A stretch of 64,000 bases of DNA from an uncultured Alphaproteobacteria bacterium (GTDB lineage: Bacteria; Pseudomonadota; Alphaproteobacteria; Rs-D84): contig CAMRSV010000002.1 of assembly GCA_947053455.1 (NCBI GenBank), forward strand, positions 11,268 through 75,267, read 5' to 3'. Shown piece after piece: positions 49,348-58,374 of the stretch; position 1 is the stretch's first letter; the number at the start of each line of letters is the position of its first letter. Made by a program: the position numbers and the translations under genes. The notes beneath the pieces were generated by a model. The model did no database searches and was not told the DNA's origin. It worked only from the letters and a program-made list of their open reading frames with translations.

Positions 49348-50370
49348 TTATTTTCCGGTCTTTTTATTTTTGCGAACTGGGATTCGGGGAATTTTTTCCT
49401 TGGCCTCGTTAATCCAGCGACGCATCCGCGCCCGCAGCCAGTTTTCATATATAAAGAACAGCCCGCCAACCCCGATTAATGGCAACACGTAATATATTAT
49501 GCGATACGCCAACAATGCACCAAAAACACTTGCCTTGTCAATGTCGGTCGGCAATGCAATTAGGAAAATACTCTCAAACACACCGATGCCGCCGGGAACC
49601 TGGCTGAAAACGCCGGTGGTCTGCGCAATTACAAACAATCCGATAAATGTTCCAAACGGAATTGCCCAAAACGGCCGCAGGCAGAAATACAGCACCAAAC
49701 CTGCCAAAACACTGTCCGTGATACCCAAAAGCATTTGAATGATGGCCATTTGGGTTGTGGGAATCTCAAACCGAACAGTGCCGATTTTTACACTTTTACC
49801 ATGAAAGAACACAGTCATTGCAAAATATGCCAATATTGCCGCTGCACATGCGATAAATAGCGTATTAATACCGACACTGGCGCCCATGGAATTTTCAAAC
49901 ACATGACGCGGCACCAGAAAATATCCCATAACAACAATCGCCGAACATCCCAGAAAATAAGTAAAACCGGATATGGTCAACATTTTTAAAATATCGCCCC
50001 CCCGAATTCGCCAACGGGTGTAAAGGCGATATCTAATCGCGCCACCAGAGACAACAGCATGCCCGGCATTATTGCTGATTGCAAAGCCCAACATCCCGGC
50101 CAGCATCCATTTCCACCAAGAAACCTTTTGATTTTCACCAACATAATTCAATGCCAGATAATCATACAGCGCCAATGCAAAATATCCCGCCAAACACGCC
50201 AGACACGCCCCCGCCAGATTAATCAGCGGAATATCAGTAATTGCATGCCAAATGTCAGCCAAACTGTATGAATGCAATTGCCACCATAGCATACCTGCCG
50301 CCAGAATAAAAAAGAAAATCCCCGAATAACTAATAAGTTTTTTTAGAATCCGCTTTGTCTTTGCCGACAT
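49348..50370 (-). CDS. Lysylphosphatidylglycerol synthase TM (MprF flippase-like) protein
   Basis: ALYDYLAL, SNNAG..SGGAIRYRLY, VPGGIGVFE, LLAYRIIYY. Confidence 0.85.
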   Translation of the reverse strand: MSAKTKRILKKLISYSGIFFFILAAGMLWWQLHSYSLADIWHAITDIPLINLAGACLACLAGYFALALYDYLALNYVGENQKVSWWKWMLAGMLGFAISNNAGHAVVSGGAIRYRLYTRWRIRGGDILKMLTISGFTYFLGCSAIVVMGYFLVPRHVFENSMGASVGINTLFIACAAAILAYFAMTVFFHGKSVKIGTVRFEIPTTQMAIIQMLLGITDSVLAGLVLYFCLRPFWAIPFGTFIGLFVIAQTTGVFSQVPGGIGVFESIFLIALPTDIDKASVFGALLAYRIIYYVLPLIGVGGLFFIYENWLRARMRRWINEAKEKIPRIPVRKNKKTGK

Positions 50371-50434
50371 ATAAATCCTTTTTAGCGTAGTCAAGGTTAG
50401 CAATAATATATTAAAATGCAAAGACAAAAAACAC

Positions 50435-50671
50435 TTTACAAATAAGGGCATTATAAATTATTATCTGCATGTCACGGAATTGTTTCGTGGCGGGGCCTGA
50501 TAACCCCATTCTGTGCGTCCGAACAATTATTCGGCGGTATGCGCCATTTTTGCTCTGACGATAAACAAAAAGCTCCTGGCTCATGGTCAGGAGGGTTGCG
50601 AATATAAAAATAAGCACGCAATTCACAGAATTGTTATCAGCCTCCTGACCATCATTAATTGATGGTTTTTT
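50435..50671 (+). ncRNA. C4/CI-like antisense RNA leader, element D
   Basis: Promoter TTTACA-18-TATTAT; b1 CTGATAA (50497), a1 ATTCTGTG (50508); core GGTCAGGAGG(50585)..CCTCCTGACCA carries CACAGAAT and TTATCAG; terminator ACCATCA/TGATGGT-TTTTT. Confidence 0.75.
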
Positions 50672-50694
50672 GAGTGGTAAACTAGGGGGAAGAT

Positions 50695-51345
50695 GTGAAA
50701 AAAATATTGTTTTTTTGTATATATGCAATGAGCGCGCTGACTACAAACGGCCTTGTTGCGGCGGATTATACATCTAGTGGCACACGTGTACCAGATGATG
50801 ACTATATTTATTTCAGCGACGGTTACATGTGTTCGGACACATCTATTAATTCTGTTTCAAATCCAAATTCATTCAAAATTCTTACCGATGGCCAAACACT
50901 ATACGATTCACAAAAGCGCGAATTGCTGTTATGTTGTGAATTCTATGGATATTGGGTCAGCTATGGCAACGTTCAGTCCCTGCCGGCCATCCCAACATGC
51001 GGAACGAAATATAATTGGGTAAGCTTGGGCGCCAATCGCTATTGCCAGGCGACAATGAAATCAACATATGACAGATGCGATAATTTGAATGGTTCCGGCG
51101 TTATTCCCAGTTCCAATGCCACGGGCGCATGCCAATATTCCAACGGGACATGCACAACATTTACGCATTGTGGACGCGGATATTATAAAGACGGAAACAC
51201 ATGCATCCAATGTCCCGATGGTGGCACAACATCTGGGTATACAAACAACGGGATAACCGCATGTAAGCTGCAATCCGGCACCAATAGCGCGGATGCGACC
51301 GGAACCTTTCTTATCTCTGGCGGCAGTTGCCCCTACTTAAGCTAA
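50695..51345 (+). CDS. Secreted Cys-rich protein
   Basis: GTG start, SD GGGGG, signal peptide; C-terminal CGRGYYKDGNTCIQCP..ITAC..DATGTF..SCPY. Confidence 0.75.
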   Translation: MKKILFFCIYAMSALTTNGLVAADYTSSGTRVPDDDYIYFSDGYMCSDTSINSVSNPNSFKILTDGQTLYDSQKRELLLCCEFYGYWVSYGNVQSLPAIPTCGTKYNWVSLGANRYCQATMKSTYDRCDNLNGSGVIPSSNATGACQYSNGTCTTFTHCGRGYYKDGNTCIQCPDGGTTSGYTNNGITACKLQSGTNSADATGTFLISGGSCPYLS

Positions 51346-51452
51346 ACCGAACTTTATTTATTGAAACATAAAAGTCTATATCCTTTTGACAAAACTACTT
51401 GACAAATCATATTTTTGGGATATTATGCCTAGTACGTTAACAAGGTGTATTT

Positions 51453-52196
51453 ATGTTCAATAAATTAAGAATGAAAATGGCCGCGCGTCGTGTAAAGCGT
51501 CAAAATGAACGCCGTGCCAAGAAAAAGGCCCAAAACAGCCAAATCGCAACGAAACATTGTGGCATTGGGGCATTGTGGATGCGTATCTGCAAAATCGATT
51601 TTATTGGTTTACTGAATCTGGCGTTGTTGTTGGTAATCATCGCGATTTTCTCTGTGCTGATTATTGATAATTTGAATTGCCACCGGCCGCGATTGATTGT
51701 GGCTGAAAAAAACACGCCGAATATGGAATACAATATTACTAATACCCGGAAACCACAAAAAACACCGGCGCCTACTATGCGCACGGTTAAACCGCGTTCA
51801 CAGACAAAATCACTGCCGATACTTCGCGATGCCACGACACGCATGTATACGACTGAACCTGTAAATATTGTTCCCGTAAAAAAGGACGCCGTTATTGAAC
51901 AACAGACGGTACGAAACAATAAAAATATTTATGGCGACACAATTATTGATGGTCGCGGCACAGCGCATATTTTACGCACAGGCGATACGGTCAACGGTAA
52001 CCTATATTTACAAAACATGCGTAAATATACACTGCCTTGCGGGGTTACGATTCGCGGCAATTTGTTTCTGCGTGACCTAAATTTGCTGCAGTTTTGCGGG
52101 GAATTCACAGTTACTGGGAATATTTATGTAAGTCCGCGTTCATCGTTCGGACCTCTGCCGCGAACCGCACACATTGGCGGCCATCTGATATTCTAA
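51453..52196 (+). CDS. Hypothetical membrane-anchored protein with short beta-repeat C-terminus
   Basis: Basic N-terminus, one TM, repeated V/I-x-GN-L-Y/F-L motifs. Confidence 0.7.
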   Translation: MFNKLRMKMAARRVKRQNERRAKKKAQNSQIATKHCGIGALWMRICKIDFIGLLNLALLLVIIAIFSVLIIDNLNCHRPRLIVAEKNTPNMEYNITNTRKPQKTPAPTMRTVKPRSQTKSLPILRDATTRMYTTEPVNIVPVKKDAVIEQQTVRNNKNIYGDTIIDGRGTAHILRTGDTVNGNLYLQNMRKYTLPCGVTIRGNLFLRDLNLLQFCGEFTVTGNIYVSPRSSFGPLPRTAHIGGHLIF

Positions 52197-52303
52197 TATT
52201 GCTTCTGTTAGGCTCAAAAGACCGTGCACATGTACGGTCTTTTTTAATGGATTTGAAAAATTTGATATGTTATAATTCCCAATATCCAAACAAAGGGAAA
52301 CAA

Positions 52304-52558
52304 ATGAAAACTTTTGATAAAATATTGAATGTATTAACACGTAATATCGGATACACGATTGTACTGGTCGTGGCGATAATCCTGTTTGTATATTTTTCAA
52401 ATGGCCTGATTGAAGGGGCAATTACTGCCCTGTCCGCATTAGTGGGTTATGCGTGCATATTGCAACTGCATCGCGATTATAAGCGTGCCAATGCACCACG
52501 TGCCGTACCGGCGAAAAAAGCAGCCACTAAAAAGACCCCGGCAAAAAAGAAAAAATAA
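52304..52558 (+). CDS. Small two-TM membrane protein with Lys/Ala tail
   Basis: SD AAGGGA, two hydrophobic helices, PAKKAATKKTPAKKKK. Confidence 0.65.
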   Translation: MKTFDKILNVLTRNIGYTIVLVVAIILFVYFSNGLIEGAITALSALVGYACILQLHRDYKRANAPRAVPAKKAATKKTPAKKKK

Positions 52559-52635
52559 TAACATTTGTAATAAACTAAAAATCCCCACATATTGCGGGGA
52601 TTTTTATTATCATTACGAAACAATTAATTAAATTT

Positions 52636-52965
52636 TTATTTTGTTTCCGTATTCGGAACCACAGGTTGCGCGGCATCTGCGTTTTCCTGCATAATTATTT
52701 CCTGGCGCAGCTCACTTTGATTACGGGACATATCGGACTTGGACGATACCAGCGCCAGCGCCGCGCACAATATAAAGAATATTGTCGCCAACCATGCCGT
52801 CGCCCGCGTTAAGAAATTACCAGCCGCCGCACCTGTCAAGGCACCCCCAAACATTGATGCCGCCGCCGAGCCGGACATGCCGGAGCCTTCGGACTTCTGT
52901 AATAAAATCAATCCAATCATAAAGATTGCAACAATTACCAACAATACTAACAAAATTGAAAACAT
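52636..52965 (-). CDS. secG: Preprotein translocase subunit SecG
   Basis: LILLQKSEG..NFLTRATAWLA. Confidence 0.9.
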   Translation of the reverse strand: MFSILLVLLVIVAIFMIGLILLQKSEGSGMSGSAAASMFGGALTGAAAGNFLTRATAWLATIFFILCAALALVSSKSDMSRNQSELRQEIIMQENADAAQPVVPNTETK

Positions 52966-52996
52966 ATTTTTTCCTTATTTAAATTATGACTTGATT

Positions 52997-53644
52997 TTAT
53001 ATGTCACCATCTGAAATTGCAAGTTTTTTCAACAGTGCACCCGCGGCATTTATACTGGCTCCCTTTTTGGATGAACCGCGCCCCGTGGCCGATTTGTCCA
53101 TGGCGGACACCCGGACTTCAAATACCGGACTGTGTGATGCGCCATGGGGCGCCATATATTCATATTCCGGTAATTTTCCGTTCCAGTTCTTTTGAACAAA
53201 TTCTTGCAGTGCGCTTTTTGCATCCTTTGGGGCAACCGCGTCCCGCGCCGCCAATGGCCGCCACAGGTCGGCGATAACTGTTGCCGCCGCCTCAAATCCG
53301 CCGTCTAGATAAATGGCACCAAACACGGCCTCCATCGCGTTAGCCAAAATATGATTAATGCGCCCACCAGTAATATGCCCATGATGCAGATAATCGGGAA
53401 CCCCCAATTTCCTTGCAACATCGGCCAACGTTATCGTTGACACCAAAACGGAATGACGCCGCGCCAGGTCACCTTCAGGTTCGGTGGGAAACATATCAAA
53501 CAGCATTCGCGCCACCGTTAACCCCAACACCCGGTCACCCAGAAATTCCAAACGTTCATTGTTATGCGCGGCGTCAGCTCCACTCTGCGTCATAGCCAAT
53601 TCCAGCAACTGCGCATTTTTGAATGTGTAATTTAGTTTATCCAT
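52997..53644 (-). CDS. rnc: Ribonuclease III
   Basis: NERLEFLGDRVL, EAVFGAIYLDGG, dsRBD. Confidence 0.95.
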   Translation of the reverse strand: MDKLNYTFKNAQLLELAMTQSGADAAHNNERLEFLGDRVLGLTVARMLFDMFPTEPEGDLARRHSVLVSTITLADVARKLGVPDYLHHGHITGGRINHILANAMEAVFGAIYLDGGFEAAATVIADLWRPLAARDAVAPKDAKSALQEFVQKNWNGKLPEYEYMAPHGASHSPVFEVRVSAMDKSATGRGSSKKGASINAAGALLKKLAISDGDI

Positions 53645-53761
53645 CTTTTATTTCTTTTTTTAATCGCATTAAATTATATTAGATGATTGGAAGTGTTTGG
53701 AAAATCCATAGTGCACAAATGATACATCAGGGACACCAAACACGACAAGCATCAATAGAAT

Positions 53762-54640
53762 TTAATGTACCCCCAGGCCTATGCGCGACCAACGTATCTT
53801 CTTGCCCCATGACCACACGGCCAACATTGGTGAATAATAGTTGTGCGAATACCAAACGAACCACACCCGCCCCAGAACATTATCACGCGGTACAAAACCT
53901 ATTTCGGCACGGCTATCGGCGCTGTTGTCGCGATTATCACCCATGAAAAAGAAATGGTTTTCCGGCACAGTGTATACCGGCGTATCGTCAAAACGTGCAT
54001 CGTCGGCGTATTCAATTATGCTGTGGGTAACGCCGTTCGGCAAAGTTTCGGTGTATTCAGTCACATTGAATACGCCGCACGCACCTTCATACATGCGACA
54101 GAACTTATCATCCTTGTATTCAATTGTATATCCGAAATCAGCCGGTTTATTGTCGACCCATATTTCATTTCCGCGCACAACCATGTTGTCACGATAATAT
54201 CCAACGCTGCGAATAGATTTCGGCAATGTCGCAACCACATATGGCCGCGGATTGTCACGCGGTACAATTTCACCATTTATATACAACCGACCGCCAATCA
54301 TCTGAATGGTGTCGCCGGGCTTACCAATCAAACGTTTAACAAAATCCTGGGATTCGTTGACGGGATTACGGAAAACAATAACATCGCCGATTTTGGGTTC
54401 TGTTGCAAAAAAGCGTCCGTTCCACAATTTCCACGAACCAAACGGGAAAGAATAACGTGAATAACCATATGACCACTTGGTGACAAAAATGTGATCGCCA
54501 ACATTTAACGTCGGTATCATTGACCCAGACGGAATATTAAACGGTTCCAACAGAAAGCTTCTGAAAATAATAGCGATAAGCACGCCGTAAAATATTGTGT
54601 TAAACCATTCGCGTGATGTATTTGTTTTTTTTGCTGGCAT
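53762..54640 (-). CDS. lepB: Signal peptidase I
   Basis: IPSGSMIPTL, FVKRLIG, MGDNRDNSADSR. Confidence 0.95.
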   Translation of the reverse strand: MPAKKTNTSREWFNTIFYGVLIAIIFRSFLLEPFNIPSGSMIPTLNVGDHIFVTKWSYGYSRYSFPFGSWKLWNGRFFATEPKIGDVIVFRNPVNESQDFVKRLIGKPGDTIQMIGGRLYINGEIVPRDNPRPYVVATLPKSIRSVGYYRDNMVVRGNEIWVDNKPADFGYTIEYKDDKFCRMYEGACGVFNVTEYTETLPNGVTHSIIEYADDARFDDTPVYTVPENHFFFMGDNRDNSADSRAEIGFVPRDNVLGRVWFVWYSHNYYSPMLAVWSWGKKIRWSRIGLGVH

Positions 54641-54709
54641 TTTTATTCCTTTCTTTACGCGCTTATTTTAGAACTTGAATTGATTCAGCGCAAGTTTTAA
54701 TATGCAATT

Positions 54710-56230
54710 ATGATTTCTTTGAGTTCAATAATATTCAGCGGCATGGATGCCATACAGATTGATGTTCAGGTTCAATTGGCATCGGGTCTATCAAAACCAG
54801 AATTTAATATAATCGGCCTGGCTGATCGTGCGGTTAAAGAATCCGCGGAAAGAATACGAAACGTACTATCGGCGCTAAATTTGGCGTTACCGCCAAAACG
54901 TCTGACGGTGAATCTGTCGCCGGCCGACGTTGAAAAATCGGGTTCACATTTTGATTTACCGATATTGTGCGGAATTTTATGCGCCATTGGTGTTTTACCC
55001 GAAGAAAAACTATCACAATACATGATACTGGGGGAAATCGGGCTGGACGGTGCAATTGTCAAAACAGATGGAATACTGCCCGCTGCCGTGTGGGCTGCGA
55101 AACACAATATGGGCATAATATGTCCCGCCGCCCAAGGGGCAGAGGCAGCCCTGTCGCATAATAACGACATTCTGGCAGCGGCGCATGTTATGGAATTGAT
55201 AAACCATTTTAACGGAACGCAGATTTTACGCGCCCCGGCAATCCATACACCGGCACAAAATGCCGCAACAAACATTGGTGATATGGCCGATGTTCACGGT
55301 CAAACAGCGGCCAAACGCGCGCTTGAAATCGCGGCGGCGGGCGGGCATGCAATGCTAATGATTGGACCGCCGGGGTCCGGAAAAACGATGTTGGCATCTA
55401 GATTGCCCACAATATTGCCAGAAATGACGACGGATGAAATTCTAGAAACATCAACAATATATTCAATCGCAGGGAAAATGGAAAACAATGCGCTGATTTC
55501 AACGCGACCATTTCGTGCGGTACACCATACGGCCAGCGCGCCCGCACTAGCCGGTGGAGGCTCAAATGCGCGACCGGGCGAAATATCATTGGCGCACAAT
55601 GGTGTGCTCTTTCTAGATGAATTGCCAGAATTTAATCGGACGACTTTGGAAATCCTGCGCCAGCCGATGGAATCTGGTCACATAACAATTTCACGCGCGC
55701 GACAAAATGCAAAATATCCCGCCCGGTTTCAGCTAATCGCTGCAATGAATCCATGCCCGTGCGGACATTTGGGAAACACGGCACTGGCGTGTTCGCGTGC
55801 CCCCAGATGCGCCGAGGCATATCAAAATAAAATCTCTGGACCATTACTGGATAGAATAGATTTGCATGTTGATGTAGATGCCGTAAACCCATGGGAAATG
55901 AAAAATAACGATGATACCCCACGCGAAAGCAGCGAAGATATTCGCAAACGCGTTGTTGCCGCACGCCGTCGCCAAATAGAACGCCAGGGATGCGTCAATG
56001 CGCGACTGGACGGGCCGGAATTGGAACGCGCGGCGCCATTATCAACAGAATTGACAGATTTTTTAAACAACGCCGCGGAACGTATGGGTATGTCTGCACG
56101 TGGATATAATCGGGTAAAACGAATTGCGCGTACAATTGCCGATTTGCGTGGGTCTGAAAACATTGAAATAACGGATTTGGCCGAAGCTCTGTCATACCGC
56201 CAAATCGGCCGCGGTAAATTTTCAGCCTAG
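54710..56230 (+). CDS. comM: YifB/ComM Mg-chelatase-like ATPase
   Basis: VNLSPAD..GSHFDL, GPPGSGKT, LAHNGVLFLDE, AAMNPCPCG. Confidence 0.92.
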   Translation: MISLSSIIFSGMDAIQIDVQVQLASGLSKPEFNIIGLADRAVKESAERIRNVLSALNLALPPKRLTVNLSPADVEKSGSHFDLPILCGILCAIGVLPEEKLSQYMILGEIGLDGAIVKTDGILPAAVWAAKHNMGIICPAAQGAEAALSHNNDILAAAHVMELINHFNGTQILRAPAIHTPAQNAATNIGDMADVHGQTAAKRALEIAAAGGHAMLMIGPPGSGKTMLASRLPTILPEMTTDEILETSTIYSIAGKMENNALISTRPFRAVHHTASAPALAGGGSNARPGEISLAHNGVLFLDELPEFNRTTLEILRQPMESGHITISRARQNAKYPARFQLIAAMNPCPCGHLGNTALACSRAPRCAEAYQNKISGPLLDRIDLHVDVDAVNPWEMKNNDDTPRESSEDIRKRVVAARRRQIERQGCVNARLDGPELERAAPLSTELTDFLNNAAERMGMSARGYNRVKRIARTIADLRGSENIEITDLAEALSYRQIGRGKFSA

Positions 56231-56380
56231 AGTAATAATTATATTTAATTGCTTTTTACGTGTATTTATGATCATGAACAAAGTCAATAATTATCGCCAT
56301 TTTTGCCGAAACCTATGGACATATAACATGTCAAAGAAATAAAAAACGGGGCTCAATGCCCCGTTTGCATAAATACATTT

Positions 56381-57622
56381 TTATTTTGCGAATGAATATT
56401 CCATCTTCAAATGGTTCGGATTATATGTTCCGTTCATTATCGCAATCGTATCTTCGACAATAACCAATTCTTCGTCCGTCGGAATCATCAAAACCTTGAC
56501 CCGGCTGTCGTCCGTACTGATAACAGATTCACCGGCCCCCTTGAATGCGACCGCGGCCTCGTTACGTATGGAGTCGATTTTTATGCCCAGTTCCTCTAAT
56601 CCGGAACAAAATTCTTCGCGCAGGCACGGATTGTTTTCACCAACCCCCGCGGTAAAGATTATCGCATCCGTATGTCCCAATTCCGCCATGTATGCACCAA
56701 TGTATTTTTTGACATTGTGCGCTTCCATCTCTATCGCCAGGCGACATTTATCATCCGCCCCCCTATGTTCCAAAACATCACGACGGTCAACAAAGCATTC
56801 GGTCAGCCCCAGAAGCCCCGAATTCTTGTTCAAATGCGTTTGCATTTGATCCGGCGTCAGGTTTAAGCGCTTCATCACATACAGCACAACCCCCGGGTCC
56901 AAATCACCCGGCCGCGTTCCCATCGTCAAACCAGACAGCGGCGTCATCCCCAATGACGTATCAACCGACACGCCGCCGCGAATTGCGGTGGCAGACGCAC
57001 CCGAGCCAATATGCAACGTGATGAAATTACATTCATCCGCCGGCCGCCCCAGCATGGCCGCCGCACGTTTTGATACATACAGATGGCTGGTTCCGTGAAA
57101 CCCGTAACGACGAACCCCCAATTCACGATACCATGCGGCCGGCACCGCATATCTATACGCCGCATCCGGCATTGTCTGATGAAATGCGGTGTCAAAAACG
57201 GCAACCTGTTTTGCATTCGGCAACAACTGCTTTGCCGTAACAATCCCCAGCAATGCCGACGGATTATGCAATGGCGCCAGCGGCGACAATTCATCAATTG
57301 TCTTTATTACCTCGTCTGTAATTTCAACCGACGACGCAAATTTATCGCCCCCCATAACAACGCGGTGCCCTACACCCTTTATATCGTTCAGGTCAATTGA
57401 CGCCTCGCGCAGCATGAACAGAACGACATTCAACGCCTCGTCATGATTCTTCATAACGGTTTCTTTTCGCTGTTTCGTGCCGTCGGGATATTTTTGCGTT
57501 ATAAACGAATCCGGCAGCCCGATTTTTTCAACGTTCCCGCCAACCACAACACGTCTGGTGTCGGCGTCAAATACCTGATATTTTAATGAAGATGAACCAC
57601 AGTTCAGTGCAAGTATGTACAT
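56381..57622 (-). CDS. ackA: Acetate kinase
   Basis: LNCGSSSLKY, GHRVV, APLHN, FDTAFH, RYGFHGTSH, FTAGVGEN, PTDEE. Confidence 0.96.
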   Translation of the reverse strand: MYILALNCGSSSLKYQVFDADTRRVVVGGNVEKIGLPDSFITQKYPDGTKQRKETVMKNHDEALNVVLFMLREASIDLNDIKGVGHRVVMGGDKFASSVEITDEVIKTIDELSPLAPLHNPSALLGIVTAKQLLPNAKQVAVFDTAFHQTMPDAAYRYAVPAAWYRELGVRRYGFHGTSHLYVSKRAAAMLGRPADECNFITLHIGSGASATAIRGGVSVDTSLGMTPLSGLTMGTRPGDLDPGVVLYVMKRLNLTPDQMQTHLNKNSGLLGLTECFVDRRDVLEHRGADDKCRLAIEMEAHNVKKYIGAYMAELGHTDAIIFTAGVGENNPCLREEFCSGLEELGIKIDSIRNEAAVAFKGAGESVISTDDSRVKVLMIPTDEELVIVEDTIAIMNGTYNPNHLKMEYSFAK

Positions 57623-57679
57623 TATGCCTTCCCTTTTATTTAATCACAGGGTTTAGCATAGCAGAACAGATGACGCGTT

Positions 57680-58264
57680 TCAATAACAAACTCGGAATTG
57701 TATGTACCAATCATCGTATTCTATATCGGTCGGGACGCCAGTGGCGCGATGATAAACCCAATATTTCTGCTCGCCGCACATAAACACCGCATGCAGGCCG
57801 TCGTATTTCACAAATGTGTTGATGCCCGGCGCGCCATGCGCCCCCAACCCGAACGCATGCACTTTTTCATCCACAGAATATCCCGCCGACGGGTTTTTGC
57901 AAATCAGACACACATCAGCAAAAATTGCGGGTTTGTTTATTTCTTCAAAAACGCATTCAAACAGCGTTGTACCGTATAATTCTATAATCGGGCTGGTTGC
58001 AATATTGAATGACGCCCCGCCGCCAAATTGTGAAAACTTATCGGCCCAGAATTCATCCGGCACAGAATTAATATCAAAACCATCGCCGGCATCTGGAATA
58101 TCCGGAATTGCGTCCGCGCGCGCCAATGCAAATCCTCCCAGGGTTTCTCCATCATGCACGCGCAGTGTTTTGGTATCGGTATCAAACGATATTTCGCCTG
58201 CCAGCCCGGTAAAGTTATCATTTTGCGCGGTGGTGCCGCGGCGAATTTGTAAAACTCGTGACAT
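57680..58264 (-). CDS. Mtd-N domain protein (second solitary copy)
   Basis: VLQIRRGTTAQNDNFTGLAGEISFDTDTKTLRVHDGETLGG. Confidence 0.8.
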   Translation of the reverse strand: MSRVLQIRRGTTAQNDNFTGLAGEISFDTDTKTLRVHDGETLGGFALARADAIPDIPDAGDGFDINSVPDEFWADKFSQFGGGASFNIATSPIIELYGTTLFECVFEEINKPAIFADVCLICKNPSAGYSVDEKVHAFGLGAHGAPGINTFVKYDGLHAVFMCGEQKYWVYHRATGVPTDIEYDDWYIQFRVCY

Positions 58265-58374
58265 TAAAAAATCCTTATGTTAAAAAAATGTTTGGAAAAT
58301 AAAAACACCGCCAGTTGGCGGTGTTGTAATATTTATATTATATCATAAATTCACAAAAAAAGCAATAATATTTA

